DNA of 62,492 nt, filler included, from Rhabdomonas costata (taxonomy: Eukaryota), in the NCBI GenBank assembly GCA_019059605.1. It is 29 parts of 29 records of this genome, joined end to end, with 100 filler letters (N's around TTAATTAATTAA, not from the genome) between each part and the next. Parts side by side here need not be neighbours in the genome. Positions count along the whole stretch, not along the records: positions 49,595 to 51,661 come from JAHMHO010005941.1; positions 51,762 to 53,828 come from JAHMHO010005942.1; positions 53,929 to 55,994 come from JAHMHO010005943.1; positions 56,095 to 58,160 come from JAHMHO010005944.1; positions 58,261 to 60,326 come from JAHMHO010005945.1; positions 60,427 to 62,492 come from JAHMHO010005946.1; 23 more parts are not named here. One strand, written 5' to 3'. The position numbers and the translations under genes are program-made. The notes under the pieces are model-generated. The model saw only the letters and a program-made list of their open reading frames with translations. It did not search any database and was not told the DNA's origin. Shown one piece after another: positions 51,340-62,492 of this stretch (its first letter is position 1; each line of letters starts with the position of its first letter).

Positions 51340-52309
51340 CTATTGCCCCACCATCACTATCACCGAAAAATGCTCAACCGCAGAAAATGAAGAAACTCAA
51401 GAGGCGCGCTGAACATCCAACTTCCCTTTAAGTTATCTCAGGCATATTGAGGTGGTCTGTCTCCCATTAACACATGTCTGAAAAATGACACCTTTGATAC
51501 ACTAAATAGCTTCTCATGTAGGCCCTGACACTTGCAGAGTGAATGAAGGGGCACGAGACCAGTTGCCGCGTACCTAATCCAGAACCGTAAACCAAATACA
51601 TACGTATGCCTCCCCGTCTCCCTCGGCACCACCCAAACGAAAGCTTTTTTCCCACCAAAACNNNNNNNNNNNNNNNNNNNNNNNNNNNNNNNNNNNNNNN
51701 NNNNNTTAATTAATTAANNNNNNNNNNNNNNNNNNNNNNNNNNNNNNNNNNNNNNNNNNNNTTTTTGGTGGGGAAGAGAGCTGTGCTGCCCTTCTCAACT
51801 TAGTCACCCTATCCCCTCCCTCTCCCTCAGAAAAAGGGGTTCTTTTTTCCTTTCATTCTGTGAAATAACACTTTTTTTTGGCAGACCTCACCATGTGGGT
51901 ACAACAACAGCTTGTCGAGGCAGGAAGAAGCGGCGACTAAGTTGAGAAGGGCAGCACAGCTCTCTTCCCCGTCAAGAATAACCGTAAGCCAAGGAACCCT
52001 CACGCCAAGACCTGTCGCTAGGGGCACAGGGATGCACAGTTGGGGGGAGGCACCTATCGCTTGTTCGTACACCCCTCCGAGTCTCCAGACTTCTTCGACG
52101 TCAGGTTGGGTTCAATCGGATACACACTTGCATCCCTGACGTCCATCATGCGCAACATAAGATGAAAAAATCTTGCCGAATGCGAGTGTGTTCGTAGGTT
52201 CCCTCGGACTGACGCAAGAGGGACCAACAACGGCTTCAACCACAGCATTTCTAGACCACGGCCGATTTCATCCCACAAAATGCGCTGCATGGCACACAGG
52301 AGTACATAC

Positions 52310-53828
52310 CGCGGACACCAACTCCTCGTTCTTCAGCGCCACCCGGGACCACTTCAGCAGCCCCTGCGAAGTCTTCACCAGGTGCACCGCGGGGTCGAAC
52401 TTCTCCCGCCGCAGCAGGGCGTACAGCGGGGTCTTCGCAGAGCCCAAACTCTGCCGCTTCGCCACACTTCCGTGCCAGAGGTGGAACAGCAGCCCCGGGA
52501 CGTGCCCGACCTTCCCGGGGAATGCCGCGGCCCACCGCCGCAGTCGGGCTTTCACGATCCGCACCACGGGCTTGGACAGCGCGGAGATCCCGGCGTGGAA
52601 CGCGGCCAGCGGGCAGTGCTGCGCCAGCAGGGCTGCACGCACAGACATGGGGCAGGACTTGAAATGACGGGCCACAGAGTGCGAAGCAGGTAACGCGCTG
52701 CGTCAGAATCCTTCGGTCAGATCAATGTAGCCAACAAAGAGACGAGGAGGTCAAGTCGTCGTGAAACACTCCAAATGGGAATCTGTTGCATGTACTACTT
52801 TTTCTTTTGGATGCCATCTGCTTTGCAACGAAGGGCTAGTGTTCGATGCACGCAACTCACACGGGTCTGAAGTCAGCACATAACCTCGAGTTGGGCGCTA
52901 CCCCATCCGTGCTCCATCCGTGAGAGTGAGCGAGAGCCGGTTCCAATGACAACCGCTGTAGGTTGTATCCCATAGCCCGTCAATTCAAGGCCACTAAATT
53001 CACAGCGAAAACCAGATCGCAATAAGATGCCTCATCATCGTTCGGTGGCATTGCGAGGTGAATGAAACAATCCTGGGATGGGAAGCGAGAAGCAGCGGAA
53101 ACCATAAGCCTGCACGCTGTCGCCCCCCGCGCCGATGATGAAGTCGAAGAACCCTCCGACCTCCCTCATCAGCGCCGTCCGGGTGGCCCACGCGAACCCA
53201 GGGTGACCACGGCTCCAGTACGAGGTACACCAGCTGCGGTCCATCTGCTCCGCCCTGTAACCCCACCCACGTGTCGCCGAGTGTTGTTCTTCAATTCTCA
53301 AGGCAGAGAATGGAGAACCGTCCCCTCGTCCCCTTTGGGTTTGGGTTTGCAAATGTTGACTGACATTATGATGAGGATGCTACGCCAACCACAGCACGCT
53401 GCCAGGCGATGAAAGTTCATAATGGTGTGTGTCAGCGGCTTGATGCAACGCTGCCTCCTGTGCTGACATTATGTCATTGTGTCAGTGCATGGGCCTTTCC
53501 AAACCGCTGCTGCTGCTGCTGCTGCTACTTTTGTTCGCCGCGACCGGGCCTAATGTACCGTCTGCTAAACTCTCTTCATGAAGATGTCAACAACGTTTTG
53601 AATCAAATGCCCTGGAAGTTCGAACTTCCCGAATGGGGCATCCCATCGCATTTCTCAGCCTTTCCAACCGTTTCAGCTTTCCCACCAGTTCTCCTCACCA
53701 TTCTCCCTCTCCACCCCCTCTCTCAGCCTCAGACCTGAGGTTGCGGGTGGCCATGGAGTAGCCCAGGCTGAAGAACAGCGACACGGGCAGGTCCACGGGC
53801 ATGTTCCACAGCAGCACCCCCTCCGGGT
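52310..53828 (-). CDS. Putative GT-A fold glycosyltransferase-like protein, internal exons
   Basis: Exons >53828-53735, 53254-53103 and 52632-52310 join in frame: GHPGFAWATRTALMREVGGFFDFIIGAGGDSVQAY|ALL...VGHVPGLLFHLWHG...FDPAVHLVKTSQGLLKW. R.......GGF......GD and HLWH resemble GT2/GT7 C-terminal motifs. Confidence 0.65.
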
Positions 53829-54404
53829 NNNNNNNNNNNNNNNNNNNNNNNNNNNNNNNNNNNNNNNNNNNNTTAATTAATTAANNNNNNNNNNNNNNNN
53901 NNNNNNNNNNNNNNNNNNNNNNNNNNNNATAAGCTGGTATGTGTTGGCTTTTCAAGTGTTTTGCTTGCCGTGCCCAGCAAAATGAGGGGTAAAAAGGTAA
54001 TCCCCCAAAATGGCGGAGCATCTAATATTCTTTTGTATGCGCGTCAGCCGTCAGCCGCCAGACAACAGCTCCGACGGACTTGGTGACACTTCTGCTACCT
54101 GACTTTCCTTCGTTTTCCTGAAGGGTGCGGACTCGGATGCTCGAAAGCTTGAAAGCCTTTATTGGGCCAAGTGTCGTCGGTCGTTTCATACTTGGCAGGC
54201 ATTTGTAAGATTTCTTTCTGAAACCGCGCAGCGCATGATATTCCAGTCTGCTTTTCTGGAATGTGTGATTGTTTCATGACGTTAGGCCCTTCCCTTCCGC
54301 TGCCATCTCTGAGCAAGTATCCCGGCCCAGAAAGTCCCGCTGTGATGCACGTTACGTTCCCCGTCGTTGACGTTTTTGCTTGAAGCGTAAGGTTTGTGCT
54401 TTAG

Positions 54405-55994
54405 GGGCGGCAACTTGCCAAGGCAAAGGAGGCGGCGATCATCAGCAAGGTTGGCATGCGCCAACAACGGACGGAAGCCTTGCAACGGCTCACACAAGCA
54501 CCTATTCCTCGGCTTATTGCACCGTCAGATGACGACCCCAGAGTGTCAAGCTCTGACTCCGACAGTGGTGAGCAGAAATCTTGTGCCAGCAAGAGCCCAC
54601 TGGGGGAAGCTACGGGTGAAATTGAATCCTCTGTGCATGAGCTCCAACACAGCCGTCGATGTCACATTTGCAAGCTGCAATACCGCACCCTTCATTTCTT
54701 TTACTGCTCTCTTTGTCCAAGCTGCAGTGAGCTGAACTGGAGGAAAAGGATGCAAACTGCAGACCTGGCTGGCAAAGTGGTGTGACTTTTTACAATTGCT
54801 CCTTTTAATTTGCCCATGATGTCTCGTTTGTGGGGCTCTCTTGGGCAGAGGGATGCGTGTTGTTTCAGGTGCTTCTGACTGGGGCTCGGATCAAAATTGG
54901 TTATCAGATCGCGTTGAGTCTTTTGAGATGTGGAGCAGTTGTGATCGCCACCACGCGGTTTCCGTTGGAAGCCTCGGTCAGGTTTCAAGCCGAGTCGGAT
55001 CACGAACAGTGGAAAGACAAGCTGCATCTTTACCGGCTGGATTTTCGGGTAACCGTGCGAATTGATTTCTTTTGCACTCATCTTCTCCCTGTTTCGATCT
55101 GGAATGGACTTGGAATGGAACCTCCTCCGCGAAAAAGGCAAACCAAACTGCAGCACCTCAACGCTCGTCACAACTCCCCCTCCTACTGCAAAACCACCAA
55201 GTCGCAGTGCCCTTCTTTCTGTCCTTTTTTAAACCGACGACTCCGGGATTCCCATGGAAATCGCAGAGTATACCAGGAGGTTTTCCTAGAAGAATTAAAT
55301 GGCGTGTTTTGGACTGGGTTACACAGAGAAAGTTGAGAGGTCAACAGAGAAGTGCAAGCAGCTTATTCGCTGGAGTGGGTGTTTTTGGTTTTGCCATTAA
55401 CACAGGATTTGGCTATGGTGACGTCGTTTTGCGGATTTCTGATTGAGCACGTGCCTAAGCTCTTCGCCATCATTAACAACGCCGCTCAGACCATTCGCAG
55501 GCCTCCTGAGTATTATCACCCTCTACTGGCAACCGAGGCAACATGCGCGTCGTCTGCGCCCTCAATTGTTGGAAGTGAATGGGCACCCAACGCCGTGGTT
55601 CCCAAATTAAGTTATGTTAATCCCTCGTTTCAGCTGCAGGAACTGTCGCCTTCGGCGATCAGTTCTGAAGTGTCCGGTCGTGGTGATCTTCAAGAAGCAC
55701 ACACGTCGGCCCGTGCTGAGGTCACACCTGCGGTTCCCGTCGATATGTACGACACTTTTGTCTCTTCTCTGGACACAAGAGCGAAGAATAGCTGGTCTGC
55801 TGAACTTCACGAAGTTCGCGGGGAGGAAGCAGCGGAGGTTCCCGAAGTTTCCGTTTGTTCCTACAGACATCTTAATTTCCTTGCTTTGCTTTGCTTCCTT
55901 GCTTCTTACGTTCGCGGTTTCCTTGTTCGCTTACAGCATGCCTTCTTTTTGCCAATTGCACAGGTGTTTGCCATTAATGCCCTGACCCCCCCCT
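54405..55994 (+). CDS. Short-chain dehydrogenase/reductase with N-terminal CxxC...CxxC Zn-ribbon, internal exons
   Basis: Exons 54405-54779, 54869-55048, 55406-55837 and 55964->: RRCHICK...HFFYCSLCPSC...TADLAGKV|VLLTGARIKIGYQIALSLLRCGA...TTRFP...LDFR|DL...IINNAAQTIRRP...E|VFAINAL. TGxxxxIG and NNA are SDR motifs. Confidence 0.9.
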
Positions 55995-58900
55995 NNNNNN
56001 NNNNNNNNNNNNNNNNNNNNNNNNNNNNNNNNNNNNNNTTAATTAATTAANNNNNNNNNNNNNNNNNNNNNNNNNNNNNNNNNNNNNNNNNNNNGTTGGG
56101 TTTGAGATTGTTCGTGGGGTTATTTTTCGTATGATGGGGGATGTTTTGGATCGGGAATGTTATGTATGTCGTTGAGGTTTGGTACTTTTTGGTATTGGAT
56201 GGAGCATTTGCAAGGTATGGCCGTGTAGATCGATAAGAGAGGTGTGCTAGTGAGTTGATGGGTGGTATGGTGTATTAACGTCGATCCGTTCTTGTTGCGT
56301 GGTTTGCTGTATTTTGTGCTTCGGACTTAGCTCACTTGAAGCGTTGCCTTGCTTTGGGCTTTTAACTTTCTCTGCATTTGCGTTGTGAATTTGTGTACGT
56401 CATTTCGGTTAAGTATGGTACGTCCCGACTTAACCGTTAGAATTTCTGCCTGCAAGCTGTCCAGCGCTTCTGGGATTGACAGTTCTTTGTTTGCGCTCTG
56501 CCTGTCGGCGCTTTTGCCTTTTCCGTATTTGCGCTTGGGTTTTCCTTTGCCTGCCATGAAGTCCGGGGTGGCTTTGGTTTAAAAGGTCACCACCAGGCGC
56601 AATGCAAAACGGTGCTATTAGCAGAACATGCACCGGTTCTGTTCGAGTTCTGTGATGCATCGTCCTGATTGTTGTTGCTGTGCTTTGATGCGAACTCTTC
56701 CGCGCAGCCGCCCACCACTCTAAGGGAACCACCAACCCGTGTGAAAGGTCGTTGTTGTGATTTTTCATGGATCTTGGATTCTTCATTGTTTTCGAGCATG
56801 GGAAAGGCAGCGAACGGTGTCCGAACCATGTCCAGGCTTCGTTGCGCCACTCGCATTAAACTTCTCGCTCACGCGGGTAGGCTTAGGGCAGCGACTTTTA
56901 CCAGAGCGGTTTCTTGTGCGCCCGTTCAGCACAGTGTGGGTCTCGTGGTGGGCGGAGCCCTTGCGATCTAAGACTGGGCCCCCTTGCAAAAAAATCACCT
57001 CGTGGTGTCTTGAACCGAGATCACTTTTAGATTCCTTAGACTTGCGGGTTTTCCGGCGCCACCGCAAATATATGCTTCCCTGGATACCCGCAATGACGCA
57101 CCCTAGGTCGAAATGGTCGAAATGGGCCCCCTGCAGACAATTGCGTTAAATGTATGCCAAACGTTCTCATGAAAAGCATGTAGAATACAATCGCCCTTAT
57201 TGTGGAATCCAACCAAGGCTCCTCCAAAACGTGTCCCCGCGTCTCTGGGTCTGATCGAAATGTCTCAGCGATGTTTGTGAATACCAAATTCAGCTGTGGT
57301 TTGATGCGTATTCGAAGAGCACTGTTGTGCTCGTGGAATGGGGGAGCGGGAGACGGGCAACGAAGTTCGGAATGTTCATTTTAAGGATGGCAGCGGCATG
57401 TGGATCGGAGCTCTCGCTGGCAAGTCAGTTTGTGTGGCTGCGTTAGCTAGTGCTGGATGGGGTCGGGCCGGTAGGGAGTCATATGATCGTCGTTGGCTGC
57501 TCTGAACAAGAATATGACTTTCATAAAGCGCCATAAAATCCGTTCAACTAGTCTTGCGATTTTGTGGGATGTGGTTAGGATGTCTTTTCACTTCAGAAGT
57601 GTCCGCGGGGCCACGGCGGCAGAGCTGTGTCTGCTGCCCTGCCGAGGGTTGCCATGGCGTCTTCTCACACCGTGGGGGAGAAGAGGGATAGGTTCCTAGA
57701 GTGCATCCGGAAGGGCACCCAAAGGTTGTAGTGGTTTGCTCATGTTGAGCCCATTTGTGGGTGTGGTGGCTTTATTCTGAACCATAGCATGGCAAACCAG
57801 AAATTTCTGAGGGGTGAGGAAGATTGGACCAGCGTTCTCTCCCTTATCTCAACCCTTCAACCTCTCTACCAAATGGTACCCCTCCTTTTTTTCCGCGCCC
57901 CTTCCCCTCTCATACGTTTTTCCGGTCTTGTGTCCTTTTTAGGCGGGCAAGTATTTTTGCATGTGCGTTTGTCAAGGGGAGTGGCCACCGTACGAACACA
58001 AGAGAATAGTATGGTTCACCGAGAAAGCAGTGCTTTCGCAGAAAGGGTTGGCTTCTGCGATACGCACGAAGGGGAAGCAACACGCAGTATCTTGGGTTGC
58101 AGCGCTTTTTTTTTTTGCTATGCAGAGCTCGTGCATAGCTGGCTTGATACACAACACACANNNNNNNNNNNNNNNNNNNNNNNNNNNNNNNNNNNNNNNN
58201 NNNNTTAATTAATTAANNNNNNNNNNNNNNNNNNNNNNNNNNNNNNNNNNNNNNNNNNNNGGGTGGTGGGCAGACCTCCCCCTCAGGCTTGCCCACCAGG
58301 TCACCGGCCTCGTCCTTCTCCATGGACTCTAGAATCTTTGGAGGACAGAACATTAAGCCAAAAATCAACTCCCTGCTCTTCCCCGTTCCAGCGAGATGCA
58401 AGGGGGGTGGTAATTTTTGCTCGTAGCATCTCACTCTGCAACGAGGATGGAAAGGTGGTGCCAGCTTTCTAGCGTAGGAGTTCAAGGGCAACCCACAAAA
58501 AAGAGCTTATGATGTTTGCTGGTCGATGATCGGGCACATGACATGTGAAAAAAAGGCCGACCCTGATATAAGGGCTTTTGCGGGCGCATGTCTACGGTAT
58601 TTCTCCTCCACCTCACCCCACCCCCTACTCCTCAGGTTCCGCTGTTTTGTGGCTGGATTCAGTTAGCACCTGGGAAAGGGGAACCGCAGTGGCGGAGCGC
58701 CGCTTCTGGAAAACCTGCTGCCTGGCCTTCAGCGGACGCGGAACCACCTATGTGAGCAGTGAGCATGGATGGATGGACAGGTCACAAGGGAGGCCTCGTT
58801 CTCAACGCTGTAAGGAAGCAGGGTTCCCCCTCAGCACTCCCATAACAAAGCACAGCAAGCAGCATCAGAAGATAAACGGCACTTTTTGTACACAACCGGA

Positions 58901-61737
58901 CAAAGAGGAGAGGCGTTCGTCATGACGGAGTGGGATCGAGACTGGAATTCCAAAATCGCAGGTCACGCCACTCCAACAGCTCCAACTTACCCTGACCAGT
59001 GATCCAGAAGAATTGCTTGAGAAACAAACACAGATTTTGGGACGTGCCCGACTGTTCCCATAGTCTTCCCTAAGTGGGTGGGGGGGCAGTTTGGACCTGG
59101 AAGATGGCCGATAGGGCTCCCGGATCTGAGTCCCCCATTGAGACGGATCCTGAACAGAAATGGAAAAATACAATATACAGTATTCCCTCAGCCGATGTTC
59201 AAACTTACTCTCACGCTCATCTCTATTCATATTAGGACCTGGATATATCAGAGAAAAATCAGGGGGAAAGCGGGATTTTCCATGATGAAAATCGCGGATA
59301 TTCAAGTGGAGGGCCAAGGGAGCGAAAGCACATGGCGAGCAAAATAAAAAATAAACGTGAAGAGAATCTTCCCGTCCTCCCGAAGTCATCAGCATTCTGG
59401 TAGAGATATGTCGCCGCGGAAATGAAATACGGAAGTTCGGTCACAGCAGCAGAACATCACGGTGGAGCCTGAAGTTAAATAGTGCTCCGTCTCACGCTAG
59501 TTCTTCACCCACCTAGTTTCTCGAAGCTAATGGTGCCGCTGAGCTCAGGAGCGCTTCGGACAGCAGCCAGAACTTTCTCCGAACACAGGATCTCCCCACC
59601 ATAGGCCACCTGTAAAAGCTGTGTGCGAACAAAGGTTTGAAAGCACAGCAGAAGCCCGAATTTTGTATTTGGGGCAATTTTGAGAATTTGCTAAACTCGC
59701 ACTGAGGCCCTGTGCTCAAGCCGAGTTCATGTTAATTATGGGTCCTTGGGTCATATTTTGCGTCCTATGAATATGAAATAACGCAATACAGACGCAAAAG
59801 TAACTGTGATCACGGTGAAGGCGACATGGATAATAATGCTGTCCTTCGCAGACTCACTAGGCCGAAGCTTCGCGAACGATAATTACAGGGGATACTCTCC
59901 TGTGCTGGTGCTGATGTTCATGAAGCCCTGATACCAACACATCCCCGCACATCCACATACAAAATGCCTTGTGTGCTTTCACGCCCACCCCTGTAATGGT
60001 GGTCACGATTGCCACTGGTATCCACCACGGAAATGATTCCGGGAGAAAGAACACTTTGATGCAGATCGCCCTGCAATCCCCCGTCGAGACGCAGAAACGC
60101 ATCCAGAATAATAACAGCTCTTCACGATTATGTAATCATATTATCAATCCCCATCCCAGCATTATTGTGGTGATAAGGTGCTTGATTGATATAAACGGCA
60201 ACACATGTGTGCCCATCAACACACACACTCTCTCTCTCTCGCGCGCGCGCAGAAGGCCGGAAGTACCCGCCCAGTGGCGCTGACAGCTGGGCCGAAGTAG
60301 TCTACTCGCCCTGTGAAGGGGGCCACNNNNNNNNNNNNNNNNNNNNNNNNNNNNNNNNNNNNNNNNNNNNTTAATTAATTAANNNNNNNNNNNNNNNNNN
60401 NNNNNNNNNNNNNNNNNNNNNNNNNNGGGGGGGGGGTGGGGGCGGGATCTCCAGGTTGGGAAAAAAACAGAACGCGCATTCACGGCCGGAAGCAGTGATC
60501 CAAGGGGCAAAGTTTCGTTTCGAGTTGGGCAGAGTACATATCAAAGGCGACATATCAAAGGCGAACGAGGGGGAAGGGGAAGGGGAAGGCAGTGATCTGT
60601 CGGGTGCGCGCTACGTTTGCCCTGTTGCTAGTTAGTGTGCGTATAGAAGTTCCCAGTACGTGGATTTCAGATGCTATGCTGCAATTGGCGCTTGTTCCAA
60701 AGCAACGAGGTGGAATGACAGGCTCGATGGTTTTGCCCATTTAGAGGTGGGATATTTCACGCAAACCTCGCATCGATTGAGGATTCAAGATTCAGACACA
60801 ATGCGGCGCTGTTCATATGAAAACCTCCACATTTCTTAAACAGGCACATTTACACGCATGGACACCTCATACAGGTACCCTCGAACTAGGACCATACTAT
60901 TTGACTGCGGTTTTTCGCAGCCCCCGGAAGATGAAGTGAATTCATTTGTTGGGGGTGTGCGTGTGTGTGTGTGGGGGGGGGGGGAGTCTGACCCGCGGGT
61001 GGAGCATCTGAACTTTAACTATGGCATTGGTCATTGGTTTACATCGGGGTTTGTTGGTGCGATTGGTTTCATATTTAGAACCTTAACCAATGGCGGCAGG
61101 GGTCAAACACGCAAACCGGCTTGAAATGGATGTGCAGTTTACTGGAAGAAAACCCGCTGCAAACCAACCGCGGCGGGGGAACGAAGTTGAACGGCACGGC
61201 CGCCACGCGAAAACAAAGGATAATGAACGTTCTGCTTTCTCTTATGAACGTCGGCTAGGTGGGTGTGGGGAGTCGGGCCGGTACGTGACGTGTGTGTGTG
61301 AGCGCGTGCGCGTGCGGAATTTCAACTATCACACAGAAATTCTCGGATTCCCATGTGATACTTATACTTGCAGAAGAGCCACAGTGCCATCGCAGATGGC
61401 AATTTGTGTTTTTGGCATAAAAAGGCCGATTTCGGTGGTTTTTTTTTTTGCATTGTTTCATAGTATTGTTCGTTTTCTTCAGCCAACCCATCATCAAAAA
61501 AACTCCCCATGTATACCCTGCACTCACCCGCCCCTAATATGTATAGGCCCACGGATCAATGGATCAGGTGCACAAAAACAGCAGCAGAACAAGTACAGGC
61601 ACCCGGCATCAGGGTTCTGTTTTCGCTGATCTGCTTTGGACTTTCCTCCCTGTTGTTCAGGTTGCTTTTTCTGTTGCGAGTTCCACCCCATGGGACCTTC
61701 CAGGTTTGGAACTAATTTTTAAAAATCGGATGCGGAC

Positions 61738-62492
61738 ATGCCCTTGCTCGAGAGATGTTCCTTTTGGTGGCTTTATCCGACGAGAAGCTACTTCAGCGTT
61801 CACAGTAATCCGCAGTGGCTCCGAGTTTGTAAGGGAGCTCTTTCCCCTTGGTCTTCAGTGCGGAAGTACTCGGCCACTGCTGGCGGCAAAGTTCAAGGCA
61901 CACCGGAACGCAGTCAATTTGTTTGGGAACTGCATCTCATCTGCAGAAGCCGTGACTTCGAGCGAAGTCCCCAGCATCGACAGCAACTTGCTCGTCTTGT
62001 GGAGGCAGTAACCAACGAGGCAAAGAACTTTACCACCAGTGAAATTGGATCAGCTGTGAATGCGCTTTCGAAGGTGCCTCACCACTTCAGTAACAGGAAG
62101 CTGTGGGACGCTCTGGCGGGTTCCGCTTGCCGGTCTCGAGGTCTCACACCTCGCCTGGTTGCCATGCTGGTGAATGGGTTTTCTAAAGTGGGGTATCTCC
62201 TTGTTGACCAGGGCCTTTGGAAAACTTTAGGAGGGTTCTCATTATCCTGTATTGACAAGGCCAACCCCCAGGACGTCGCAACCTTCTTAAATGGATTTTC
62301 CAAGGTGGTACCGCTTCGTGAGGATCCTGCCCTGTGGCAAGCATTGGGGAGTGCAGCCACGCAGGTCGCGTGCACAATGAAACCACAGGAACTGGCCATT
62401 TCGGTGAACGGGTTATCCAAGATTGAGTCTTTACGGAAAAATCGCTATTTGTGGGCAGAACTCGCCGGGGCGGCAGTTTCTGCCCACCAAAA
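61738..62492 (+). CDS. Helical-repeat (OPR/HPR/RAP-associated type) putative organellar RNA-binding protein, 3' partial
   Basis: Stop-free frame from ATG 61738 to the window end, absent from the ORF track. It has four 38-39 aa repeats centred on EIGSAVNALSK / LVAMLVNGFSK / QDVATFLNGFSK / QELAISVNGLSK, each followed by LW..L. The N-terminus is Arg/Ser-rich and acid-poor. Confidence 0.8.
   Translation, partial: MPLLERCSFWWLYPTRSYFSVHSNPQWLRVCKGALSPWSSVRKYSATAGGKVQGTPERSQFVWELHLICRSRDFERSPQHRQQLARLVEAVTNEAKNFTTSEIGSAVNALSKVPHHFSNRKLWDALAGSACRSRGLTPRLVAMLVNGFSKVGYLLVDQGLWKTLGGFSLSCIDKANPQDVATFLNGFSKVVPLREDPALWQALGSAATQVACTMKPQELAISVNGLSKIESLRKNRYLWAELAGAAVSAHQ

Noticed and set aside
58261..60326. 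Scattered minus-strand exon-like segments
   Set aside because: The frames are ambiguous and no domain was recognised.
2070..60426. Regularly spaced TTAATTAATTAA motif resembling a repeat array or CRISPR
   Set aside because: It is always centred in a 100-bp N-padded block. This is a synthetic six-frame-stop linker, and the ~2.17 kb period reflects similar contig lengths.
120..62420. Most of the supplied six-frame ORFs
   Set aside because: They are antisense or off-frame shadows of GC-rich exons, microsatellite translations (HTHT/VCVC) or run into N linkers. Real coding sequence here is split into short exons.
1..62492. A multi-gene system or operon formed by neighbouring genes
   Set aside because: The genes sit on separate contigs joined artificially, so adjacency carries no biological information.
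1..62492. tRNA, rRNA or snRNA genes
   Set aside because: I found no cloverleaf or conserved rRNA/snRNA segment by eye. A tRNAscan-SE or Infernal/Rfam run would be needed to exclude divergent ones.

Overview
This window is not contiguous. It consists of 29 unrelated eukaryotic contigs of about 2.07 kb (one is about 1.81 kb), joined by 28 artificial 100-bp linkers (44 N + TTAATTAATTAA + 44 N). No gene neighbourhood should be inferred across linkers. The contigs carry fragments of intron-rich genes with GC3-rich exons, which I reconstructed by hand: U-box, BTB, CAMK-like/CIPK-type kinase, kinesin-3 FHA region, Nudix-like, PP4R1-like HEAT, a divergent PPi-dependent phosphofructokinase, PP2C, MIP-type FKBP, BRCT, CstF-50, a GT-A-like glycosyltransferase, a Zn-ribbon SDR, an intronless 38-39 aa helical-repeat protein missed by the ORF track, and several surface-receptor pieces (dCache, PstS-like+TM, EGF, CUB). 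One contig holds a decayed Ty3/Gypsy pol followed by PPT-LTR-PBS-gag. The gene set suggests a euglenozoan, probably a euglenid (inference). All ~28 introns I could close are canonical GT-AG or GC-AG. I found no rRNA, tRNA or CRISPR array and cannot support a claim of a new multi-gene system. The best leads are the helical-repeat protein, the interleaved exon-end duplication, the LTR flanked by both PPT and PBS, the intron-containing virus/bacteria-type glycosyltransferase, and the divergent PPi-PFK.
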